This document shows positions 10,181 through 20,937 of a stretch of 64,000 bases of DNA, piece by piece. Both the position numbers and the translations under genes were made by a program. The notes beneath the pieces are model-generated. The model was not told where the DNA came from and ran no database searches. It saw nothing but the letters and a program-made list of their open reading frames with translations. The stretch lies in the NCBI GenBank assembly GCA_963614215.1, contig CAVECB010000002.1, forward strand, positions 18,055-82,054, written 5' to 3'. How positions within the stretch are numbered: the stretch's first letter is position 1; each line of letters starts with the position of its first letter. Source of the stretch: Ruthenibacterium lactatiformans (GTDB lineage Bacteria; Actinomycetota; Coriobacteriia; Coriobacteriales; QAMH01).

Positions 10181-11065
10181 TCAAGCCGTGCCGCCCGCAC
10201 CGTCGGCGGAGTCGGCGTCACCCTCGACATCGGCAGTGTCGGTGTCGCCCTCGACATCGGCAGCCTCGTCCGCATCGACGCCGGGTATGTCCACGTCGAC
10301 TTTCTCCGTCATAGCCTGCCCGACAATCTCGGCCATGGCCGCCGGGTCGTCTTCACGCACGTCATCGCCGAAATCGACCTCCTCGACCGCGAGCAGGCCG
10401 TCCTCGTCGGTCACCTGCACATAGCGCTCCTGTTGCTCGCGCTGCTCGTCGTCTAGGGCCTCGTCAGCGGCATCGGTCAGCGGGCTTGCGCCGGAGAGCC
10501 TCTCGCGGATGAACGCGCGGCTTTCCTCGTCGGGCGCGAAATCCTCCAGTGGCGGCAGATCCTTGATGCTCTTCAGGCCGAACTTCTCCAAAAACGCCGC
10601 CGTCGTGGCGTAGAGGATGGGGCTGCCGGGCGAATTGTCGCGGCCGGCCTCGCGCACAAGCCCCTTTTCCACGAGCGAGGCGATCACGCCGTCGGAGTTC
10701 ACGCCGCGCACCGCGTTCACCCCGTTTTTCGCGACGGGCTGGTGGTAGGCAATCACGGCCAGCGCCTCCAGCGCCGCCTGCGAGAGCTTGCGCGTGTCCC
10801 ACGACAGCACGTAGCGCTCGATCAGCTCGTGGTGCGCAGGATGCGAGTAGAAGCGCCAGCCGCCAGCCACCTCGCGCAGCTGCATGCCGCGGTTTTGCTC
10901 AGCGTACTCGTCGCGCAGCGCCTGCAGCACCTCGTCGGCCAAGCTGGGCGTGACCTCCATGACGGTGGCGAGCTTGCCAGCGCTCACCGGCTCGTCGGAG
11001 ACAAACAAAAGCGCCTCGGCCGCGCTCATCAGCTCGGCCAGCTCCTCATCGCGTTGCCAGCTCAT
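10181..11065 (-). CDS. scpB: Segregation and condensation protein B with an acidic C-terminal extension
   Basis: AEALLFVSDEPVS and winged-helix repeats. ATGA overlap with scpA. The last approximately 100 aa are very D/E-rich. Confidence 0.85.
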   Translation of the reverse strand: MSWQRDEELAELMSAAEALLFVSDEPVSAGKLATVMEVTPSLADEVLQALRDEYAEQNRGMQLREVAGGWRFYSHPAHHELIERYVLSWDTRKLSQAALEALAVIAYHQPVAKNGVNAVRGVNSDGVIASLVEKGLVREAGRDNSPGSPILYATTAAFLEKFGLKSIKDLPPLEDFAPDEESRAFIRERLSGASPLTDAADEALDDEQREQQERYVQVTDEDGLLAVEEVDFGDDVREDDPAAMAEIVGQAMTEKVDVDIPGVDADEAADVEGDTDTADVEGDADSADGAGGTA

Positions 11066-11973
11066 TTGCCCTTCCCTTCTGCATGCGCGTCCGATTCACC
11101 GTCTGCTTCACCGTCGTCCGTCTCGGCGGCGTCCGCTTCACCGTCCGCATCGCCGTCCTCGTCGAAACCCGCCAGGCTCGGGTCTTCGGGCATGCCCCAA
11201 TCCGGCACGGAGAAGTCCACGACCTCGGGCGCGTCGTCTTCCATGTGCAAGGCGATGTCGCCGAAAATGTCGTCTTGGACCACCGACACCACGCCGCGCT
11301 TGTAGAGCTCGAGCACGGCCAGGAAAGTGACCACGACCAGCTCGGGCGTGGGCGCCTCCCCCACGAGCTGCGAAAACGTGCGCTCCTTGCGCCGGCACAT
11401 CGTGCGGTATATACCCTCAACGTGCTTTTCCATCGAGATGGGCACGGCGGCGATGTGCTCGGCTTCCAGCAAGAAGGTGTCGCGGCGCGACGCGATGTCG
11501 GCGCATATCACGGCCAGCCCGTGCAAGGTCATGCCCTCCAGGTAGTCGGGCACGAGTCCGGAAAATTGCGGCTCGAGCGCGGCATGCCGCGGGTGCATGT
11601 GCCCCTCGTTTTCCATGCGCGCGCCCAACGCGGCTGCAGCGCTCTTGAACTGTTTGTAGACGATCAGGCGCTCGACGAGTATGTCGCGTGCCTGCTCAGG
11701 CGTGAGGTCGTCGAACTCGTCGTCTATCTCGGGCTCGGACGTCTCGGCGGGGATGAGCGAGGATGCCTTCATTTGCAGCAAGGTGGCCGCCACGACGAGA
11801 AAGTCGCTGGCCACGTCGAGGTCTAGGTCGCGCATACGGTCGATCTCGGCCAGGTACTGGTCGGCGATGTCGGCAATCGAGATGGCGGAGATGTCCACCT
11901 TCTGGCGCGAGACCAGGTGCAGCAGCAAATCGAACGGGCCTTCGAACGCCTCGACCTTCACCCGATACGACAT
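11062..11973 (-). CDS. scpA: Segregation and condensation protein A (kleisin)
   Basis: MSYRVKVEAFEGPFDLLLHLV is a typical ScpA N-terminus. The ATG at 11973 is preceded by GGGAAAGGAGG. The C-terminal tail is acidic. Confidence 0.85.
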   Translation of the reverse strand: MSYRVKVEAFEGPFDLLLHLVSRQKVDISAISIADIADQYLAEIDRMRDLDLDVASDFLVVAATLLQMKASSLIPAETSEPEIDDEFDDLTPEQARDILVERLIVYKQFKSAAAALGARMENEGHMHPRHAALEPQFSGLVPDYLEGMTLHGLAVICADIASRRDTFLLEAEHIAAVPISMEKHVEGIYRTMCRRKERTFSQLVGEAPTPELVVVTFLAVLELYKRGVVSVVQDDIFGDIALHMEDDAPEVVDFSVPDWGMPEDPSLAGFDEDGDADGEADAAETDDGEADGESDAHAEGKGK

Positions 11974-12070
11974 GCGCGCCTCCTTTCCCGTCTCCCGCGT
12001 CTTTTCTTGCGCCGCCCGCCTTCGCGCAACCCGCCCATTGTAGCCGATGCGCCGTCTCGCAAAGCGCGCC

Positions 12071-12753
12071 TCACGGCAAGATGAGGTTTGCCAGGTTGCC
12101 CGCCGTGAGCTGCAGGTACCATCCAATCACGTCGAAGTGGATGAAGTAGGGCACGACCAAGATGAGCAAGATGAGGATGAACATGCTGTAGCGCTGCACC
12201 TTGTAATAGGTCTGGAGCGCCGAATCGGAGAACAGCGGCGCGATGATCGACGAGCCGTCCAGCGGCGGCAGGGGAATCAGGTTGAAGAAGGCCAGCGCGA
12301 GGTTTACCTGGGTGAAGTACATGCCGAAATACCAGGTGTAGAGGCCGGCGTCGGGCGCGACCAGGTAGAGGTAGTTGCCGCCCCAGGCGATGGCCGCGCC
12401 GATGAGCGCCATAAGGATGTTGCTGGCCGGTCCTGCCAGCCCCACGAGAACTTCGCCTTTGCGTATGTCCTTGAAGTAGCGCGGGTTGTAGGGCACGGGC
12501 TTGGCGTAGCCGAATATCATGCCGCCGGCGCCCACGGCCGACAGTGCGATGAGTATGCCCGGCAGTACGACGGTGCCGAAGGGGTCGATGTGGGCGATTG
12601 GGTTCAAGGTCAGGCGGCCGGCGTTTTTGGCCGTGGGGTCGCCCAGCTTGTGCGCCATGAAGCCGTGCGCGCACTCGTGCACCACGATGGCCGGCACGAA
12701 GGCCACAATCATGAGTGCTATCTGGATGGCCTGTTGCAAGATGCTGCCCGTCA

Positions 12754-12754
<1 letters not shown>
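12071..12754 (-). CDS. Site-2 protease family (M50) membrane metalloprotease
   Basis: HECAHGFMAH (HExxH) within a polytopic membrane protein. The ATG at 12754 overlaps the ABC-F stop (TGATG). Confidence 0.8.
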
Positions 12755-14898
<2,144 letters not shown>

Positions 14899-15160
14899 GC
14901 GCACCATGGTACACGAGGCGCGTTTTGCCCATGCGCCCCGTGTGCCATCGTCACAGATTCGCCAAAGAGGGTGTGAGGGCTCCTGGAATCGTGGGGGCAT
15001 CTCCACTACCTGCAGGTATTCAACGACTCGGGAACGGATCTCTCGCAGCCCCACTACCAGCAGGTTTTCGGCGCGTTCTTCTGTATCCTTAAATGTCGGG
15101 TCGCGATAGAGCTGCAAAACAAGACCCAGTGTAGAGCCATGCGAGATATGGAGTTTTTAG

Positions 15161-18100
15161 ATGATGCAAAAATGCATGACGCCACTTAAGAGTTTATTTG
15201 CTGTTGTTCTGGCCTTGAGTTTGGTGCTCATGGGTCAGCCAGCCGAAGCACAGGCTGGCACGGCTAAAGTTACTTTCGACTCTGACGGCAAAGGAACAGT
15301 CAGCGGCGACTATGAACTGAATCTCAGCACACAAGCAACTGTATATGACGGTGGAGCTATAGTTAACCTTGGAGAGCTGAGAAATCCTGAGGTTATTCAG
15401 CCCAACACGGGTTATGTGTTCGACTATTGGACCGCCAATGCAATCCTCTATAGAAGCCGATGGGGATGGTTCGTAGACCCTGCCCCTATTGGCTATCAAA
15501 TCAGTTCGTTCTCAGAGGAGTTTTATACAGCTTCGGACGTTACCCTTACGGCGCACTTCAAACTTAAACCTGCTGCTGTTACATACACAACCGATGGGCA
15601 TGGTTCTGTTAGTAAGTCGGGCGAGTCCGTCGAGCTTAACGAGGAGCACCCATGTGGCGCGGAGACGCTTGCCGTTGGAAAGCTCGGCGGCACAACGGCA
15701 ACTCCCACCGACAGCACCAAGTATGCGTTTGATTATTGGACAGCCGACAAAGACGTCTACAAGCTCGAAAACGACAAACTGACGACCATCGCCGCTGATA
15801 CCAAGCTTGCCTCGCTAGAGGATTATTACGTATCGGGCGACGTCACCTTCACCGCCCACTTTAGTCACAAGCCAATAACCGTCACCTACACCGCCGATGA
15901 CCATGGAACCGTTGGCAAAGACAATGAATCGGTCGAGATCGACAAAGAGTACGCCTGCGGCGAAGAGACGCTTGCCGTTGGAAAGCCCGACGGCACAACG
16001 GCAACTTCCACCGACAGCGCCAAGTATGCGTTTGATTATTGGACAGCCGACAAAGACGTCTACAAGCTCGAAAACAACAAGTTGACGACCATCGCCACTG
16101 GCACCAAACTTGCCTCGACTACAGATTGCTACGTAGCAGACGCCGTCACCTTCACCGCCCACTTCAAGCAGATTGCCGGCAACGTCACCTACACAAGCGC
16201 TGGTCACGGCTCTGTTTCTCCGAAAACTGAAACGTTGGCGTTTACCGAGCAGACGATAGATGCCGCCGGCACCAAGGCAATGGCGGGCACCCCAACCGGC
16301 GCCACAGCCAACCCCGACGAGGACTACAATTTCAGCCACTGGACGGCCAGCTCCGACGTTATCGTCCTTTCCGATTTTTCCACTATTACCGCCGGCGACA
16401 AAATCACAAACGACCAGCTGAGCAGCATCCTCGTAACTGGAGATACCACCTTCACGGCTCACTTCAGCGCGAAACCCGTTACCGTTTCCTACACAACCGA
16501 CGGAAATGGAACCGTCACCAAAACCAGCCAGACGGTGGAGCGCGCCTCGACGCATCCACTAGGGTCGGACCCAACCAAAGAACTTGCAGTTGGCCAGCCT
16601 AGGTACGAGGTCTTTGCAACTGCCAACAAGAACTATATGCTCAACTATTGGACGGCTTCTGCCGATGTCTACGTCCTTGATGGCGATACCATGCGGCTCT
16701 CGGTCTACAAAGCAGGCACCCATCTTCCCAACGAGAACGTTTCGATGTACTACGTGGAGCAGGACACCACCTATACGGCTCATTTCTTCCGCACGGCCTA
16801 CGACGTCACCTACAAAACAGCCGGACACGGCACGGTGTCTCCCGCTTCGGAAAAAGTGGCAGTCGATAGCACCCCTGCTGGCTGCACAATCACTCCCGAC
16901 AAAGATTATGAGTTCAGCCATTGGGTAGCCAACGTCGATATCGAGGTTAGCGAAAAGAGCGCGCAGCCCCAGGCAGGCACCACCACCATTGCCGCAGGCG
17001 AGCCTATCACCGACGAGCAGCTCAAGCAGGCAGTTTCCTTCTCCGACGACCCGGTCTTCACGGCCTACTTTAAGCACAAGCCGGTCACCGTCAGCTATGC
17101 GGCTGGAGACAACGGATTCGTCGACAGGGACAGCGAGTCTGTTGAAATCGACAAGGAGTACAAGAGCGGGGAGAACATGCTTCCCGTGGGGCAGCCGGGT
17201 GGCGCGACGGCGACTCCTTTTGATAGCGCCAAATACGCGCTTGGCTATTGGACAGCCGATAAAGACGTCTACAAGTACGAGAACGCCCAGCTGACGACCA
17301 TCGCTGCCGGTGCCGCAATCGCCTCGCCTGAAGACTGCTACGTGGCAGACGCTGTCACCTTCACCGCCCACTTCAAGCAGATTTCCGGCAACGTCACCTA
17401 CATAAGCGCAGATCATGGTTCTGTTTCCCCGGGCTTTGAGACGGTGGCGTTCTCCGAACAAGCAATCGACGCCGCCGGCACCAAGGCAATGGCCGGCACT
17501 CCTTCGGGGGTTGCAACCAGCCCCGACGCGGGCTACGAGTTCGACTATTGGACGGCGAACATCGACGTGATTAGCGTGACCGACTTTTCTGTTTTCGCGG
17601 CTGGTGACAAAATCACAAACGAGCAGCTTGGCGCCAGCTTGATAACCAAAGATGCCACCTTCACAGCTCATTTCAAGCACAAACCGGCTCGCATTTCCTA
17701 CACGACCGACGGACATGGTTCTGTTGGCAAGGACAGCGAGTCGGTCGAAATTGACAAGGAGTACAAGAGCGGAGAGAACATGCTTCCCGTGGGGCAGCCA
17801 GGTGGCACGACGGCAACTCCTCTCGATAGCACTAGATACGCGTTCGACTATTGGACGGCCGACAAAGATGTCTACACGTGCAAAGATGACGAGCTGACGA
17901 CCATCGCCGCCGGCACCAAGCTCGATCGCTTACCTGCGGATTACTACGTAGCAGAAGATGTCGTCTTTACCGCCCACTTCCTGCGCACGGCGTATAGCGT
18001 TACCTACAAGACGGCTGGTCACGGCACGGTGTCCCCCACTTCGGAAAAAGTGGCAGTTGGCAACACCCCCACCGGTTGCACAATCACTCCCGACAAGGGT

Positions 18101-18607
18101 TATGAGTTTGGACACTGGACAGCCAACGTAAGCGTCGAGGTTGCTAATGAGGACGCGTCTCAGGTGACCATGCTCGCCGACGACGACGCAGAGCCCCAGG
18201 CGGGTACCACCACCATTGCTGCAGGCGACCTCATCACCGACGAGCAGCTCAAGCGGGCTGTCTCCTTTTCCAGCGATCCTGTTTTCACTGCCCATTTCAA
18301 GCAGACATCCAGTAAAACCGACGATGCCGATAAAACAGACGACCCGAGTACTCCGAGCACCCCAAGTGCTCCAAGCAACCCGAGCGCCACGAACAACCCG
18401 AGCGCCACGAGCACTGCAAACACTCCGATCATCACAAACGCCACAAGCGCCACGAGCAACTCCAATGGCTCTGGTGGCACTGGCAACTCCGGCGGCAATT
18501 CAATGCCCGCAACGGGCGACGCTCTGTCTGGTGCTACGGTCGTCTTTTTCTTCTGCGCAGGTATCGTAGCAGCACTAACTGCGTTTTTCAGAAGGCGCAA
18601 TTGCTAA
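15161..18607 (+). CDS. Wall-anchored surface protein built of about 11 InlB B-repeat / Listeria-Bacteroides-type repeats
   Basis: Signal peptide (…LVLMGQPAEAQA). Repeated modules of about 100 aa each end in (V/T)FTAHF and contain Y.FD(Y/H)WTA. The C-terminus has an MPATG sorting motif, a hydrophobic helix and RRRNC. GC is visibly lower than in the flanks. Confidence 0.8.
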   Translation: MMQKCMTPLKSLFAVVLALSLVLMGQPAEAQAGTAKVTFDSDGKGTVSGDYELNLSTQATVYDGGAIVNLGELRNPEVIQPNTGYVFDYWTANAILYRSRWGWFVDPAPIGYQISSFSEEFYTASDVTLTAHFKLKPAAVTYTTDGHGSVSKSGESVELNEEHPCGAETLAVGKLGGTTATPTDSTKYAFDYWTADKDVYKLENDKLTTIAADTKLASLEDYYVSGDVTFTAHFSHKPITVTYTADDHGTVGKDNESVEIDKEYACGEETLAVGKPDGTTATSTDSAKYAFDYWTADKDVYKLENNKLTTIATGTKLASTTDCYVADAVTFTAHFKQIAGNVTYTSAGHGSVSPKTETLAFTEQTIDAAGTKAMAGTPTGATANPDEDYNFSHWTASSDVIVLSDFSTITAGDKITNDQLSSILVTGDTTFTAHFSAKPVTVSYTTDGNGTVTKTSQTVERASTHPLGSDPTKELAVGQPRYEVFATANKNYMLNYWTASADVYVLDGDTMRLSVYKAGTHLPNENVSMYYVEQDTTYTAHFFRTAYDVTYKTAGHGTVSPASEKVAVDSTPAGCTITPDKDYEFSHWVANVDIEVSEKSAQPQAGTTTIAAGEPITDEQLKQAVSFSDDPVFTAYFKHKPVTVSYAAGDNGFVDRDSESVEIDKEYKSGENMLPVGQPGGATATPFDSAKYALGYWTADKDVYKYENAQLTTIAAGAAIASPEDCYVADAVTFTAHFKQISGNVTYISADHGSVSPGFETVAFSEQAIDAAGTKAMAGTPSGVATSPDAGYEFDYWTANIDVISVTDFSVFAAGDKITNEQLGASLITKDATFTAHFKHKPARISYTTDGHGSVGKDSESVEIDKEYKSGENMLPVGQPGGTTATPLDSTRYAFDYWTADKDVYTCKDDELTTIAAGTKLDRLPADYYVAEDVVFTAHFLRTAYSVTYKTAGHGTVSPTSEKVAVGNTPTGCTITPDKGYEFGHWTANVSVEVANEDASQVTMLADDDAEPQAGTTTIAAGDLITDEQLKRAVSFSSDPVFTAHFKQTSSKTDDADKTDDPSTPSTPSAPSNPSATNNPSATSTANTPIITNATSATSNSNGSGGTGNSGGNSMPATGDALSGATVVFFFCAGIVAALTAFFRRRNC
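15721..16100 (+). repeat. Near-identical 303-bp-period DNA repeat inside the surface-protein gene
   Basis: gtatgcgtttgattattggacagccgacaaagacgtctacaagctcgaaaac... occurs at 15721 and again at 16024. Similar modules recur through to about 18300. Confidence 0.8.
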
Positions 18608-18760
18608 AGGACCGCACGACAATGTCTTGCCCAAAACGAAGCTTCAGCCGCACGAAAAACCGCGGCTTCCGGATACTACAATCCTATCTGTGAAAAATGC
18701 GTCATGCTGCAAAAATTTCAGATAGAAATGCGAATAGTCACCGATTCAAAACCCGTCCGC

Positions 18761-19030
18761 CTAGCGTGCCCGCTTTTGGTGCACGAGGCCGAGGAGGTAC
18801 ACGACATTTTCTGCCTCGCGGTATTCATATACGATAAGAAAGGGGCGCACTGCCAGCTTGCGTATATCGCTGCCGAACTCATCTATGACGGATGTGGCGA
18901 CGTTGGAAGATCCGGCCTTCGGAAAATCCGCAAGCATGGCGACGTGGCGAAAAATCTCCTCGCGCGTGCGGGTCAGCTCGACGCGCGCCACGTCGTCCGC
19001 AAACCCCTCGGTGTAGACGAGCCTAGCCAT
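18761..19030 (-). CDS. parE: RelE/ParE-family toxin
   Basis: 89 aa from the ATG at 19030. MARLVYTEGFADDV ... IVYEYREAENVVYLLGLVHQKR is the typical ParE pattern. It overlaps the antitoxin stop by 8 nt. Confidence 0.7.
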   Translation of the reverse strand: MARLVYTEGFADDVARVELTRTREEIFRHVAMLADFPKAGSSNVATSVIDEFGSDIRKLAVRPFLIVYEYREAENVVYLLGLVHQKRAR

Positions 19031-19316
19031 GCAGCGCCGCGGCCTTTTCCTCGACGGCGGCGCGCGCGGCCTCGGTCGTCTCGTAAATGCGGCCAGCCTC
19101 GATGTCGGCGAATCCGCGCTCGCACACGGCGCGCATCCTCGCTTCGTCTGCCGCATCAGCGCGCGCCCGGTCCAAAAGTCCCTCGAACACGTCTTCCGAG
19201 CAGAACACGTACGCGCCCCTGCCGTTTTCCGTGATGCGCACCAGCCCGGATCGGGCGGCTGCCCTCACCTCACCTTGCTGCTTCTGCAGGGCCGTGACCG
19301 GATAGATAGCTTCCAT
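19023..19316 (-). CDS. Phd/YefM-like antitoxin
   Basis: 97 aa. MEAIYPVTALQKQQGEV ... VRITENGRGAYVF is an antitoxin-type N-terminus. The gene lies upstream of, and overlaps, the ParE-like gene. Confidence 0.65.
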   Translation of the reverse strand: MEAIYPVTALQKQQGEVRAAARSGLVRITENGRGAYVFCSEDVFEGLLDRARADAADEARMRAVCERGFADIEAGRIYETTEAARAAVEEKAAALHG

Positions 19317-19352
19317 TTCATCCCCTTTTTCTCGGAGAATTTACCATATAAA

Positions 19353-19381
19353 AATCTAACTTTCGTCCCACAGCAAGTCAA
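19353..19381 (-). promoter_or_regulatory. Candidate sigma-70-type promoter of the Phd/ParE operon
   Basis: On the minus strand: TTGACT (19381-19376), a 17-nt spacer, then TAGATT (19358-19353), about 37 nt upstream of the ATG. Confidence 0.4.
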
Positions 19382-19453
19382 GGCCTACAATGAATATACG
19401 CACGCTTATCGCAGCCCGGTAACGTAAAATTTCTTGCGCAGAGGTGCCCACTC

Positions 19454-19530
19454 GGAACTTTCCAACCGAAATTTTGGCCAAAACAGGGAACTTTCCAACC
19501 TAAATTTTGCCCGAAACAGGGACTTCAACC
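19454..19530. repeat. Tandem array A, 33-bp period, about 2.3 copies
   Basis: ggaactttccaaccgaaattttggccaaaacag starts at 19454 and 19487, with a degenerate copy at 19520. The unit contains the palindrome TTTTGGCCAAAA. Confidence 0.85.
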
Positions 19531-19744
19531 TCTCGGACGGTGCGAGCAGCCTGTGCGCACTAAAGCGCTGCGGCCCTCCTCGACTTTTCCCCAGATGATA
19601 GCGTGTCTGGTGATATTTGGGGTATTTTACCAAGGTTATTTGGGGGCAGCGAACGCGCCTGAGCGCGGGCACAGCGCCCGCCGCCCCCGATCGCAAGGAT
19701 GGAAATCTAAACTTCCGTGTCTACGAAAACTTTAGCAGCACCCT

Positions 19745-19878
19745 GCAACCCCGCCACAACCTTGTCATAACGACAAAACCTCCTTTTGCGGCGAATCTTT
19801 CACGTGGGCAAAAGACGGGAAAACAGACGGCGCCCGCCTCTCGCCACCAAAGCAAAAGGCCGCGCGATGGAGGTGTCA
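19745..19878 (+). promoter_or_regulatory. Conserved leader, copy 1 (upstream of the HNH toxin gene)
   Basis: About 135 nt, homologous to 20800-20937. It has a 36-nt 5' block, gcaaccccgccacaaccttgtcataacgacaaaacc, containing a TTGTC-ATAAC-GACAA hairpin, and a 3' block aaaaggccg..gatg..gaggt just before the ATG. Confidence 0.6.
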
Positions 19879-20418
19879 ATGTCAAAAGGAGCAAGCGGAT
19901 TGTTTGCGGGAACAGAGGGAGATAGGAGAGGACGTGGAGACGCGGAAAGCATCATCGCATCGAGGGTGCATGGACTCGACTTGAGGGCGCACCCTGTACA
20001 ACGCGCACAACTCAGCGCGGCGAAAATGAGACACATTGAAGAAAAAATCGAAAAACGAAAGGCCACTCGCGAGGAATACGCGACATACATGTGGAACAAA
20101 AGATTTGCGAAACGTAGAAGAGCAGGAGTGAGGAGGTTTTGGAAAAGCGAGCGCCGACGCCTTTCTGAGGGAAAGGCCGGCACGCGCAACTGGACGACAG
20201 TGCAACGAGCGGCAATTTTGGCAAAGAAGCCCGTCCTCTATGAAGGAGAGAGTCTGCAGGCCCATCACACCTATAGCGCCGCGATGTATCCGCATCTCGC
20301 CGACAGGGGTGAAGTAATATACCCAGCAACGAAAACCGAGCATTTAGCAGGATGGCACGGCGGGAACTTCAAGAAGAGCCTGCCAGGCAGGAGAATACGC
20401 GCAATCAACGAATTCTAA
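19879..20418 (+). CDS. Colicin-DNase-like HNH/EndoVII nuclease toxin (AHH-type motif)
   Basis: 179 aa from the ATG at 19879, preceded by GGAGGT. The C-terminus VLYEGESLQAHHTYS...GEVIYPATKTEHLAGWHG parallels the colicin E9 DNase VYELHH...TTPKRHIDIH. The N-terminal part is basic and helical, and I could not recognise a secretion domain. Confidence 0.55.
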   Translation: MSKGASGLFAGTEGDRRGRGDAESIIASRVHGLDLRAHPVQRAQLSAAKMRHIEEKIEKRKATREEYATYMWNKRFAKRRRAGVRRFWKSERRRLSEGKAGTRNWTTVQRAAILAKKPVLYEGESLQAHHTYSAAMYPHLADRGEVIYPATKTEHLAGWHGGNFKKSLPGRRIRAINEF

Positions 20419-20430
20419 GGAGGCACAACG

Positions 20431-20745
20431 ATGAGCCATATAGAGGAAACCAAAGTGGGGATCCGGATTTCCGGTGAAGAACTAAATGCCCGAACCCTAG
20501 GAGTCATCCGCGGGGAAACGCGCCTTTCCATAAGCGAAATACAGTCACGAGCAGAAAAGGGGCGCTGCATTTGCAAATGTGATGAGACCGACGACGAGGG
20601 AATCGAGCAAATCATCTCCCTGTACAAGAAACTTGCGAAGCTCGACTGCAATCCCACCCTGTATGAAGATGGAGCGGAAAGCGATGTCGAGTCCCTAAAG
20701 CAGACTCTGGCTTGGTATCAGAGCATGGAGCAAGAAAACGATTGA
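20431..20745 (+). CDS. Putative cognate immunity protein
   Basis: 104-aa acidic ORF starting 12 nt after the toxin stop, with a perfect AAGGAGG RBS. Its position and size are typical of immunity genes; I recognised no family. Confidence 0.45.
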   Translation: MSHIEETKVGIRISGEELNARTLGVIRGETRLSISEIQSRAEKGRCICKCDETDDEGIEQIISLYKKLAKLDCNPTLYEDGAESDVESLKQTLAWYQSMEQEND

Positions 20746-20765
20746 TTCCAACCCCGCCCGCACGT

Positions 20766-20788
20766 AAGGGGGCGATTACCGCCCCCTT
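20766..20788 (+). terminator. Stem-loop after the immunity gene
   Basis: AAGGGGGCG-ATTAC-CGCCCCCTT: a 9-bp GC-rich stem 20 nt after the stop, with a weak T tract. Confidence 0.4.
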
Positions 20789-20799
20789 GCCCAGGCATC

Positions 20800-20937
20800 G
20801 CAACCCCGTCGCAACCCTGTCATAACGACAAATACCGCCCCAAAAGCGAAGCTGTCGCAAGGACAGGACGAGAAGATGCACGGCGCTCGGTTCTTGTTCC
20901 TTGTTAAAAAAAGGCCGGCAGATGACGAGGTTTGACT
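20800..20937 (+). promoter_or_regulatory. Conserved leader, copy 2 (upstream of the DUF4417 gene)
   Basis: Homologous to 19745-19878. The distance from the 5' block to the ATG is about the same (about 100 nt). Confidence 0.6.
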
